A DNA stretch of 64,000 nucleotides from Ranitomeya imitator (taxonomy: Eukaryota): the NCBI RefSeq assembly GCF_032444005.1, contig NC_091286.1, positions 624,092,001 to 624,156,000 of the forward strand, read 5' to 3'. Each line of letters begins with the position of its first letter. Position 1 is the stretch's first letter. Below, piece after piece: positions 34,251 to 44,188 of this stretch. A program made the translations under genes and the position numbers. The notes below the pieces were generated by a model, which was not told the origin of the DNA, searched no databases, and saw only the letters and a list, made by a program, of their open reading frames with translations.

Positions 34251-36260
34251 ACTGTGACGTGACGGTACAGTCATCTGAATCCGCGATGGTTGAGAGCTAT
34301 GAGATAAGGAGCTAGGTAAAAACTGTTCCTGAAAGTACAGGAAGTATGAATCTATAAAAAGCCTCAGTGACCAATGCGAAAACTATTCAATTACTAATTT
34401 TGTTTTATAAACAATATCGAGATATAAAAAATTATTATTTTTAATAAATGCAACACAAAAATGTGATTTAAACAATAGGTAATTTTCCAATGATAGTTCC
34501 TTTCAAAAATAATTAATTACCCCCACCCCGAAAAAAAATATATAAAAGAAACCTAGAAGTCCTGCATCATGTATGTAAATGACCCTGACTCCTTGTATGA
34601 GTTGAATCTAAACTTCCTGATTATGCTTTGCATGCTCAGAATCCACAAAATAGGGGAAGAATATCTAGTCGGGAGGACCCCACCTGTAATGCCCCCATTG
34701 AACATGAAAATGAGGTCTTCATCATGCTTGTCTTCTTACTGTGCTCATTTAGAGCAGCTTGAGTACAACACTTGGCTACCTCAGTCACATTGACACTAAT
34801 TAGAATGGTACTGCAAGAAGTAACAGGATATGGATACCCCTTCTCCAATGATTGATAAAGGGTCCAAAGCCCACTATTCTGTGGATTGCTAGAAAATATT
34901 ATTTATGGAAAATACACTTTAAAAAGTCTAGTGCAGTGGGGTTGGTTCATTGTGACAGACATTGACCAGAGGAAAAGTTCACAGCAAACGTTTTTTAATG
35001 TCCACACTCGCACAGTGTACAGCATACGGCATCCTCCGGATTGCAGCCGGGAAACAAAACAGTCCGTGGGAGTCCGGTTGCCGAGGGCGACGGCACCACC
35101 GTATGACGCTGCGAGGTGCCAGGAGTTCGCTCTGCTGCCTCCGTGTTAACTCACACAGGCTGAGCTTCTGCAGAGCCGACTGCTCTGCAAGTTGTAAACT
35201 CCAAAATAGAATAAATATCAATTGCACACTCCTTTTGAATGCAAGCAAGATTTCTTGTATTAAAGTTCAAGACATAAGAGCAATGTTTGAGTGTCAACGC
35301 GATTCGGCCAAACAGGCCTTTTTCACAACAGTTGCATTCAGTAGGTATTCTCTTCTAGACAGGGATATTCTCTTCACTGAATATGAAAAGCCTGTATTTC
35401 ACATGTCCCGGCCCAGGAGGGATGAGAAAATCCTTGTCTTGAAGAGAATATGTGTGATCATATATTCCCCTTAAAAACACTTTTTAATAATATATTAAAA
35501 AACACCTACCCAGTGAAAAAACTAGGGTTAGATACCCAAATAACTGACCAAAATTGACAATTTGCCTATAGATACCCTACAATAGACCAACAGTTGCCAC
35601 TGCCTGGCTGTGAAGGTAGGCACCCTAAGGAATAATTTTTTGGCGCCCCCACTCAACGTGTACTATTCCTCACTTTCCTGTAACAGCCCTATAGATATAG
35701 GTTGGAAAACAATATGATATAGAATAGAAATGAAGAAAGTCTTTTCTTATATCCAAAAGCAATAATTAAGAATTTCCTATGGGTATCTTATTGGCAACAA
35801 GATAACGTCTTAATTAACATCTCAAATCATGACTGGTACATGACTCCACAATGTCACATATTAGAATACTTTTGGTATAGAATTAGCATATAAGCCAAGT
35901 ATATGAAACATCACTCAAATGGTGATAATTAGAGGCCAACACATAATATGAGTTACATGCACCCCCTTTGACATTCCACAGCGTGACCCAACATAATGTG
36001 CTTGGCACATATATTTGATACAGGCTAAGATATTAGCCTAGAGAGACAATAAACCATAATAATGGATAATCAGGAGTCGGATGCATTGGGGTGCCAAAAA
36101 ATCGTCTTTCTGATCTAATGCTGTGAATATTCTTCTGCCCAATGATGACAGAAGTATTCTAGGAGTGATACCTTTATTGGCTAACCAGAAAATAATATGT
36201 TTGCAAGTTTTCAGAGCACAGTGGCTCCTTCTTCAGGCAAGATTACCTGAAGAAGTAATG

Positions 36261-36300
36261 TTGCCTGAAGAAGGAGCCACGGTGCTCTGAAAGCTTCCAA
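36261..36300 (+). ncRNA. Minimal hammerhead-like motif (mirror copy on - strand at ~36201-36240)
   Basis: TTGC-CTGAAGA-AG-GAGC-CACGGT-GCTC-T-GAAA-GC-TT-(C/G)CAA: canonical CUGANGA core and palindromic AGCT stem III. Each arm has one substitution in stem I or stem III. Confidence 0.65.
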
Positions 36301-36412
36301 ACATATTATTTTCTGGTTAGCCAATAAAGGTATCACTCCTAGAATATGTAGCGCTCCCACGTAAGGGCAATGAGGTACTCAGTACCGGGTCCTTCAGTCC
36401 TTCAGCGGGGAT

Positions 36413-36501
36413 ATCACGGTGGCCCGACCCGGCCAGTGGCCCTATGAGGGGCGCCCAATAAAAGGCAGAGTTCGTATAGAATGGTAGTGTTTGTGACGCC
36501 A
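36413..36501 (+). other. Second copy of the tRNA-Ser-like segment, in LTR A2
   Basis: ATCACGGTGGCCCGA...GTTTGTGACGCCA; the same helices as in A1, with a different internal sequence. Confidence 0.5.
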
Positions 36502-36881
36502 CCTGTGGTATTCAGTCAGTGTGACCGACGCTGCTTAGAGGTCTGCTGGGGTGATGTGATGGCAGCTAGATGGTATACCTTCCCACAGGTGAAGTGTTTC
36601 CCCAGGGCTTCCCAGAGGTGTAGATGGTGATGGTGGGTGTTGTAAGGTGCGGTAAATAATGAGGACACAAGGGTGCAGTCTCTTTACCTTTACTGAAGGC
36701 TTCAGCATCCACAGTCCAGAGTACCGGATGACAGGGTAGGCAGAGTCCAGCCGGTCTGATAACAATTCCAGTGTCCCCTTATCCAGGTTGAAATCAGTAG
36801 CCTTCCTTCTAGCATCTGTGTGTTGTAGTACCTCCCTGCTGAGCAAATCGGTGAGGTCCTCACAACTTTTGTAGATGTTAT

Positions 36882-37770
36882 TGTGGCACCCCTAGGGGTA
36901 TTTGCCACAAAAATAGTTACTGACAGTAAATGCAAATACTAAAATAGCAAGACTGCACTACCACCTCCAGCCAGAAGGGGGAGCTCCAGAGACTCCCCTT
37001 GATCCATTCTGGTCTGAGAGAAGAACTGGCAGTTGGGCTAAGGAGCTGATAGTGAGAGGTCATACAGTTGAATCTCTAACAGCCCTGTGACTGTTACCAG
37101 GCCTAAATCACCGGCCTGAGGAGAAGAGGGATAGAGAAAAAGGACATTGTGAGAACCGGGTAGCATTAATCACTACCCAGAACAGGCGCAAAGACGGATA
37201 CCGGATCCGTGGCTGTATTCATTACATATAATACAGCAACCGGAAAAACGTGAGGTGATATCAGCTTCACTAGGGTCGGACGCAGCAACAGACACAGAGT
37301 TCAGCGGTACTCCTGGAGGGGGTAAGCCGATAAAAGGACTCGGGTTGCCCGTCGAACCAGGACCCGGAGGGGACAGATTGGGCCGGCAGCCAGTTCACAT
37401 ACAGCAGCAGGGCCACACAGATATTGCGTACAATAAGAGGCGAAGACCCCGGCAGGGTCAAAGTAACTCAGAGTTCCCATACAGACTCCGGTGACAGGAC
37501 TGGTTGTAAATCCTTTTTTGTTAAAGTAAACTGGTTAAACGTTTCAGTGCCTCAGTCTTTCATTTGGACAATAGCCATCTATCCAGGATTGGGATCATCA
37601 CCGCTGGGAGAACCTGCTGCTGATCAAGTAAGTGCCTGTTCCCTCACGATACCCTTTACACTGTGCATTGCCTGAGGCCACAGCACCGGGTCAAGCCACC
37701 CGTGACACCCCCCTCAAGAGACAGACCCCATTGGTCCGGTGCTGGGTACCCCGGTCTCTTGGGCGTCACA
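36882..37770 (+). repeat. 5' LTR of Gypsy B
   Basis: TGTGGCACCCC...GGGCGTCACA; only three substitutions versus the 3' LTR seen by eye. Confidence 0.97.
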
Positions 37771-37772
37771 AT

Positions 37773-37790
37773 TGGCGTCACGAACAGGAT
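37773..37790 (+). promoter_or_regulatory. Primer-binding site, complementary to the 3' end of a tRNA-Ser(CGA)
   Basis: TGGCGTCACGAACAGGAT, 2 nt after the LTR. Its complement ATCCTGTTCGTGACGCCA matches the 3' end of a vertebrate tRNA-Ser(CGA) isodecoder as I recall it; verify in GtRNAdb. Confidence 0.85.
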
Positions 37791-38240
37791 CTAGCCAGCC
37801 CGTATACCGGGTATTGTGTGCCGTGATTGGAGCCCAAAACTGTGAAAACTGGGATGAAAAATCTTGAAAATTGACTTTATTAAAGAAAAATCCATTCTCC
37901 ATTGAAAACTATTGAAAGTGACTTTTCCCCATTGGTTATAATGGAGTAAAGATGGCCGCCATCCCCTGAGGTAATCACTTCATAACCGTTAGGCACGAGA
38001 CTGTTAATTGAGCTACGCCATCACCTGAGCCCCAGTCTAACTGAAAAACTTCAGAATCCGCCATTACAGAGCGCGGTGGGTGGGAGCAGCAGGGGGCGTG
38101 TCATTGTGGGCGGCACCAAGCTGAGCGCTCTGACATCAGAGCAAGGGGAAAATCGATCCTGCTGCACAGCGGAACGAATCTACACTATCCCGACGGAAGC
38201 GGAGGACCGGAAGGGTCCGGATTAACTAAGGGGGCACAGT

Positions 38241-39281
38241 ATGTCGCAGCACGGAGACGCCGCAGCACCCGGCGACGCTAATGCAGCTGAAAGACAGAGT
38301 GTCGATAGAGAGTTCGGCAGTGCAGCGGTGCAAGGATTGGCGCCCATCATGCCGGTGCTGATGCCATATACCCCGGGTGGCCCGTGGCTTCCAATGTATG
38401 AAGGTGAGCCTAATACCCTTGACGATTTCAGAGAAAAGATGCTGGCCCATTTTAACATGTTCCCCGTGGGTGAAGTTCAGCGTGTTAGTCTCCTGATGAT
38501 GCAGTTAAGTGGCCATGCTAAGCGAGAAGTCACAGCATGGGCAGCTGATCTAAAAGGCACTGTTGAACGCATATTTGCTGGATTAAAAGCTACATTTGAA
38601 ACCACTGCCAGCAGCAAAGCTAAAGTACGATTCTTTAATTGCAAACAAAAAGTTAATGAGGGCGTGAGAGACTTTGCCTTAAACCTGCAGGAAGCCCTTA
38701 AATCACTTACACTGGCTGAACCCATTTTTAACACCGGAGCGGATAAACTGCTAAGAGATCAATTTATTGAGGGACTCTACACCCCTTCTCACCGGGGGCA
38801 TGTGAGCATGCTTGTTTTTAAGAACCCTGAATTGACATTTGCCCAATTAAAGGAGAGCGTTATACGTCTCCAGCTGGCAGAGGCACCTCGGGATCAGGAT
38901 CCTGCGCAACTCATGGCAGAGGCTCCTCAACAACATGGAGTACCAGTGACATCAGCTATGTCCGGGGCCATTGCTAAGCCCCTGGGGCCCAGTACTAATG
39001 AGGCTCTTCAACAAAAGCTTGACTCTTTAGCTGATGTTGTTGCTTCAATGGCTAAAACCATGCAGGAGATGAGAGGACCCAAGATGGAGTTGTCAAACCG
39101 TAGAGAAGGTGTTCCATGGATGAGACCCCGGAGATACCCGACATGGAGAGGACGACCCCGCGACCGCTACCAACCGGATGGACAGCCCATTTGCCGCCGT
39201 TGCCAGCAGCCAGGCCACTTTGCACGAGATTGTGATTTAAACGGGAATCCCCTGGGAATGCGGGCCGCTTCGCAGGAATGA
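38241..39281 (+). CDS. gag: Gag (346 aa) with C-terminal CCHC zinc knuckle
   Basis: Uninterrupted ORF after the PBS; knuckle CRRCQQPGHFARDC. Confidence 0.92.
   Translation: MSQHGDAAAPGDANAAERQSVDREFGSAAVQGLAPIMPVLMPYTPGGPWLPMYEGEPNTLDDFREKMLAHFNMFPVGEVQRVSLLMMQLSGHAKREVTAWAADLKGTVERIFAGLKATFETTASSKAKVRFFNCKQKVNEGVRDFALNLQEALKSLTLAEPIFNTGADKLLRDQFIEGLYTPSHRGHVSMLVFKNPELTFAQLKESVIRLQLAEAPRDQDPAQLMAEAPQQHGVPVTSAMSGAIAKPLGPSTNEALQQKLDSLADVVASMAKTMQEMRGPKMELSNRREGVPWMRPRRYPTWRGRPRDRYQPDGQPICRRCQQPGHFARDCDLNGNPLGMRAASQE
39236..39276 (+). promoter_or_regulatory. -1 programmed ribosomal frameshift signal (T TTA AAC + downstream hairpin)
   Basis: The slippery heptamer at 39236-39242 is in the gag codon phase. 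The -1 frame opens exactly there (TGA|TTT AAA CGG) and runs into pol. A hairpin CCTG-G-GAA-T-GCG-GGC-CGC-TTC-G-CAGG starts 8 nt downstream. Confidence 0.8.
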
Positions 39282-42200
39282 ACTTTCAAGGCCCAACACC
39301 CTGGCACGACAGGTACATCGGAGGACGACCCATTATCCCTATCGTGCTGGACGGAATTCCCCTCAACGCTTTGCTGGACACAGGTTCCCAGATTTCATCT
39401 ATACCGTATATCCTTTATAAGAGGTACTGGGCTAATGCAGATATTGATAAAGGGCCCTCTGATGTTGAACTAGATATATGGGCCAGTAATGGTAAGTTGG
39501 TACCGAAACTAGGATTCAGGGAGATGACCATAAAGATTGGTAAAGTAGAATTGAAGAAACAGGGTATAATTGTTGTTGATGTTGACCGGCGGAACTGTGA
39601 ACCAACTGTATTGATAGGAATGAATGTGTTAGAGAACTGCTTTTCCGAAGTCATTTCTGTCTTACAGCAAATTGCTGAAACTGCCCAATCCTGCCAGCAG
39701 AGAGTTCTCCGGAGGGAAATAAAAGTATTGATGTTAAGGCAACAGGTAGAAGTTGCAGGTGGAGAAATCGGCAGTGTGAGGGTAAGTGATTCAACATCTA
39801 TTGTAATCCCACCAAAAACAGAAATGCTGGTATGGTGTAGAGCAGCCATTGGTACTAAGGGACGAGATTATCAAGCCTTAATAGAACCAGTGTACACCGA
39901 CAGCAGGCCCACTATACTCACAGCACGAGGGATAGTCGAGGTACACCGAGGACGAGTGCCGGTACGACTTTTGAACTGTGGAGAGGAAGAGGTCACTTTG
40001 CCAAGGTATGCTACAATGGCAAAGCTATATACTGTTGACAACAATGCCATCACAACCAGTGAGCCCTTAGAACCAACCTGTCAGGTGGAAGGCAATGGCT
40101 CAGATGGAGAAATGGAGGATTGGTGCCAACAGCTACACGTGGGCATAAATTCAACACCTACCCATCAAAAACAAGGGGTGTATAGGCTAGTGACGGAATA
40201 TGAACAAGTCTTCAGTAAACACCCATTGGACTTCGGACGGATAGAAGGGGTAGAACACACAATCCCCACCAGTGACCATCCCCCAATAAAAGAAAGATAT
40301 AGACCCATACCGCCCGCTCACTATCAATGTGCAAAAGATATGCTGAGGGAGATGAAACAGGCCGGGGTAATAAGAGACAGCTGTAGCCCCTGGGCGGCCC
40401 CTCTAGTGATTGTCAAAAAAAAGGACGGAACCATGAGAATGTGCGTAGACTACCGGAAGATTAATAACATCACCCATAAAGACGCCTACCCCTTGCCTAG
40501 GATAGAAGAGTCCTTAACTGCTTTGAAATCTGCTAATTATTTTTCCACCTTAGACTTAACAAGCGGGTATTGGCAAGTCCCTGTGGCTGAGCGAGATAAG
40601 GAAAAGACGGCATTCACCACACCAATGGGTCTATGTGAATTTAATCGCATGCCATTCGGACTCTGCAACGCATCCGGTACCTTCCAGCGGCTGATGGAAT
40701 GCTGCCTCGGACACAAGAACTTCGAGACCGTCCTCCTGTACCTAGATGATGTGATCGTCTACTCAAAGACTTACGAACAACACTTAATAGACCTGGCAGA
40801 AGTGTTCGAAGCCTTATCCAGGTATGGCATGAAAGTCAAGCCATCCAAATGTCACCTTCTCAAGCCAAAGGTACAGTACCTGGGACACATCGTGAGTTCG
40901 GAGGGAGTAGCACCAGATCCCGAGAAAATAAGCGCCATAAGGGATTGGCCAAGACCTACCAGCGCAAAAGAAGTGAGACAATTCCTGGGATTGGTGGGTT
41001 ACTATCGCAGATTTATAAAAGGATTTACCAAGTTGGCAGCACCCTTGCAAGACACCTTGGTAGGGCAGACGAAGAAACCTTCAAACCGAAACCCTCCTTT
41101 TCAGTGGAACGACGAAAGGGAAGACTCCTTTGAACAACTAAAGAAGGCACTAACCGGAGAAGAGGTTCTGGCATACCCAGATTACCATCAACCTTTCATC
41201 CTCTACACCGATGCCAGTAATGTGGGACTAGGAGCGGTGCTGTCACAAAAGCAAGAAGGTCGGGAGAAAGTCATCGCCTTTGCAAGTAGAAAGCTCCGGC
41301 CTACTGAAAGAAATTCAGAAAATTACAGCTCCTTCAAATTGGAACTACTGGCAGTAGTTTGGGCTGTGACTGAACGTTTCAAACACTATCTGGCCGCTGC
41401 AGAATTTATTGTCTATACTGACAACAATCCGTTGACCCACCTGGACACAGCCAAATTAGGTGCGTTAGAACAGCGATGGATAGCCCGGTTATCTAATTAC
41501 AACTTCAAGATCAAGTATCGAGCAGGTCGCAAGAATGGAAATGCCGATGCCCTATCCCGGATGCCACACTTGAGAGATGTAGAAGAAGAAATGGGGGAGC
41601 TTGAAGAAATTGAACTACCAGCCTTCCATCATCCCAAGGCAAAACATCATCAGTCAAGTACCTATCAGAAACAACAAGAGGCGAATTTAAATCCGTTAGC
41701 ACACCATAGATGGGCTGACACCCAAGACAGCAATCCGGCTGTGAAGTTGGTGAAGGAACTGTTAACTGAGCAAAGTGCATATCCCGATGAGGATGCCCCA
41801 GAAGAGACGCATCAACTCTGGAAAGAGAGAGGCAAAATGTTCCTGTATCAAGGGAAGCTCTGTAGAAGGTACACCAATCCGAAAACACATGAATTGGTTT
41901 GGCAGATTATCGTGCCTAAACAAGATGTCAAGATGGTCCTCGAAGCTTACCATAATGGTGCTGGTCACTTCGGTTGGAAAAAGTTAGAAGTACTTCTAAG
42001 AGAAAGATTTTATTGGGTCGGGATGAGAAAATCAATCGAACAGTGGTGCAGAAATTGTGGCCCGTGCAACCTCAGAAGAAACGATCAAAAGAACCAAAGA
42101 GCACCACTGCAGCCCATAATCACCAAACAACCACTTGAACTTGTAGCCATGGACCACGTGAAGTTGACACCAAGCCGGTCTGGCTATGTCTATGCCTTGA

Positions 42201-43414
42201 CCATCGTGGACCATTATTCACGCTTCTTGGTAGTAGTACCCGTAAAAGATCTGACAGCAAAAACAGCAGCCAAAGCGTTCCAAACGTACTTTTGTAGACC
42301 CCATGGATATCCGGAACAGGTTCTCACCGACCAAGGTACAGCCTTTGAATCAGAGATCTTCAGAGAATTCTGTAATATGTATGGTTGCAAAAAGATCCGG
42401 ACGACGGCCTATCATCCACAAACAAACGGCTTATGCGAGAAGATGAACCATATTGTAATAGAACTACTAAAGACTTTACCTGAGGCAGAAAGGAATCAAT
42501 GGCCAGAGAAATTGCCTGACTTGGTGGATCTGTATAATCATGTCCCGGTGAGTTCCACCAATTGCACCCCAGCTTACCTTATGCGTGCAAGACCCGGCCA
42601 ATTACCAATCGATCTAGAAATGGGAATTCTGAAACCAGACGCAGAAGTCCAAGACTCCAATTGGGATATCATACGGCAAAAGCAGTATCGCCAAGTGCAA
42701 GAGAGTGTGGAAAGAAGCCTTCAGCAAACTAGAGAAAGACAAGAGCGAACTTTCAACCAGAATGCTCTAGCGACCCCATTAAGACCAGGTGACCAAGTGC
42801 TCAAGAGAAATCGTCGAACCAATAAACTGGACAATCAGTGGGAAGCCGTACCCTACACAGTTTTACCAACAAGAGTGGATAATCCTAAAATGTGTCTCAT
42901 TAGCAAAAACGGAGGCTTAACATCTGTACTAGTGTCAAGAGACAATCTTAAATTATGTCCGGAAGCATTGAAAGAGCCAGACGTTGTCCAGCCAGAACCA
43001 GAAGTTATTCAACCCATACAGGTTCAACCAGTAAAGGAAAAAGAAGAGGAAGTGTATCACACCTGTATAGGAGACTTTCCCAAAACCCTACTAACATACC
43101 ATGGTGCAGTAGTGGTTCCCATGGTGGCCTTTTACCCAACACCAAACCCAATACCAGAAGTCCCAAGACAGGAAGAGGCTGACCCCGTACTACAGGAGGT
43201 TCCAGGCCAGGAAGAACAGATTCCTGGTCAGAGTAATCCCATTCACGGTGGACTTGCCAACTCCATAGTCGTGGAATTATCTTTAGCAGAGCGGGCAGAT
43301 ACTACATCCGCAGTAGACAGTAGTACACCACATGAAGAGACACCGCTATTACGTAGATCACAGCGTAGTACCCAGGGTCAATTACCGGCCAGGTATGCAG
43401 ATTACCAACTATAA
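39278..43414 (+). CDS. pol: Pol polyprotein: protease, RT, RNase H, integrase (frame open from ~39236 via frameshift)
   Basis: LLDTGS protease motif; RT DAYPLP, LDLTSGYWQ, MPFGL, YLDD; RNase H YTDAS, ELLAVVWA, TDNNPL; integrase HHCC (GHFG...CRNC) and DDE core (MDHV, LTDQG, GLCEKMN); no stops. Confidence 0.97.
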   Translation: MNFQGPTPWHDRYIGGRPIIPIVLDGIPLNALLDTGSQISSIPYILYKRYWANADIDKGPSDVELDIWASNGKLVPKLGFREMTIKIGKVELKKQGIIVVDVDRRNCEPTVLIGMNVLENCFSEVISVLQQIAETAQSCQQRVLRREIKVLMLRQQVEVAGGEIGSVRVSDSTSIVIPPKTEMLVWCRAAIGTKGRDYQALIEPVYTDSRPTILTARGIVEVHRGRVPVRLLNCGEEEVTLPRYATMAKLYTVDNNAITTSEPLEPTCQVEGNGSDGEMEDWCQQLHVGINSTPTHQKQGVYRLVTEYEQVFSKHPLDFGRIEGVEHTIPTSDHPPIKERYRPIPPAHYQCAKDMLREMKQAGVIRDSCSPWAAPLVIVKKKDGTMRMCVDYRKINNITHKDAYPLPRIEESLTALKSANYFSTLDLTSGYWQVPVAERDKEKTAFTTPMGLCEFNRMPFGLCNASGTFQRLMECCLGHKNFETVLLYLDDVIVYSKTYEQHLIDLAEVFEALSRYGMKVKPSKCHLLKPKVQYLGHIVSSEGVAPDPEKISAIRDWPRPTSAKEVRQFLGLVGYYRRFIKGFTKLAAPLQDTLVGQTKKPSNRNPPFQWNDEREDSFEQLKKALTGEEVLAYPDYHQPFILYTDASNVGLGAVLSQKQEGREKVIAFASRKLRPTERNSENYSSFKLELLAVVWAVTERFKHYLAAAEFIVYTDNNPLTHLDTAKLGALEQRWIARLSNYNFKIKYRAGRKNGNADALSRMPHLRDVEEEMGELEEIELPAFHHPKAKHHQSSTYQKQQEANLNPLAHHRWADTQDSNPAVKLVKELLTEQSAYPDEDAPEETHQLWKERGKMFLYQGKLCRRYTNPKTHELVWQIIVPKQDVKMVLEAYHNGAGHFGWKKLEVLLRERFYWVGMRKSIEQWCRNCGPCNLRRNDQKNQRAPLQPIITKQPLELVAMDHVKLTPSRSGYVYALTIVDHYSRFLVVVPVKDLTAKTAAKAFQTYFCRPHGYPEQVLTDQGTAFESEIFREFCNMYGCKKIRTTAYHPQTNGLCEKMNHIVIELLKTLPEAERNQWPEKLPDLVDLYNHVPVSSTNCTPAYLMRARPGQLPIDLEMGILKPDAEVQDSNWDIIRQKQYRQVQESVERSLQQTRERQERTFNQNALATPLRPGDQVLKRNRRTNKLDNQWEAVPYTVLPTRVDNPKMCLISKNGGLTSVLVSRDNLKLCPEALKEPDVVQPEPEVIQPIQVQPVKEKEEEVYHTCIGDFPKTLLTYHGAVVVPMVAFYPTPNPIPEVPRQEEADPVLQEVPGQEEQIPGQSNPIHGGLANSIVVELSLAERADTTSAVDSSTPHEETPLLRRSQRSTQGQLPARYADYQL

Positions 43415-43577
43415 AGCTCATAATGTGAATTGTATATATGTTATGCCGTATATAGTTAAACAGAAAATGTAGTATAGTCATTGTTATCAGTCTGCAACGT
43501 TTAAGCCCAGTGCCTACAGAGACTTGTCTGTATGAACTTCTTGCATATTCTTGAACTTTTCATCAGCCCGGAGGCAC

Positions 43578-43867
43578 TAACATAGTAACATAGTAACATA
43601 GTAACATAGTTAGTAAGGCCGAAAAAAGACATTTGTCCATCCAGTTCAGCCTATATTCCATCATAATAAATTCCCAGATCTACGTCCTTCTACAGAACCT
43701 AATTGTATGATACAATATTGTTCTGCTCCAGGAAGACATCCAGGCCTCTCTTGAACCCCTCGACTGAGTTCGCCATCACCACCTCCTCAGGCAAGCAATT
43801 CCAGATTCTCACTGCCCTAACAGTAAAGAATCCTCTTCTATGTTGGTGGAAAAACCTTCTCTCCTCC
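43578..43867 (-). mobile_element. 5'-truncated CR1 LINE 3' end inside the Gypsy 3' UTR
   Basis: Minus strand encodes the CR1 ORF2 C-terminus (RRGFFTVRAVRIWNCLPEEVVMANSVEGFKRGLDVFL, stop 43699-43701), followed by an 8-bp (CTATGTTA)n tail. Confidence 0.88.
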
Positions 43868-44179
43868 TCTAAATCAAAGCTCCGGAAAGACTGCTTTTTG
43901 AACTTTGCTCCTCGCTCTTTTTGAACTTTCTTTAGACTTTATATTGATAACTCCGTTGGAAAAATGGAACTAAATTGCTGGACACAAAGTGCAGTGCCTT
44001 TCCTAGTACCTTCAAGGATAGAACTGTATTAATGGACGCTATTTGAAGTGACTTTGTACAGAACTATATTTTTGTTTCCTCGAGTGGTTTTTGTAACTTT
44101 TCATTTTTAAGACTCTGTACATATTAATTGTTATTTCAAAATGTTATTGTCCCACAGTCCCGGAGTACTGTTCTTAACT

Positions 44180-44188
44180 AAGGGGGAA
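44180..44188 (+). promoter_or_regulatory. Polypurine tract
   Basis: AAGGGGGAA directly abutting the 3' LTR. Confidence 0.85.

Noticed and set aside
34886-35474. 170-aa ORF / CpG-richer patch as a host gene
   Set aside because: Non-ATG start, no recognisable domain, no clear splice pair. It could be regulatory or UTR sequence, but the sequence alone does not support a call.
39278-39281. Pol as an independently initiated ORF starting at this ATG
   Set aside because: The frame is already open from the slippery site at 39236, so frameshifting is the simpler reading; reinitiation is kept only as an alternative.
43415-44179. env-like third ORF in Gypsy B
   Set aside because: The region is short and AT-rich, has no long ORF, and its only coding remnant is the CR1 fragment.
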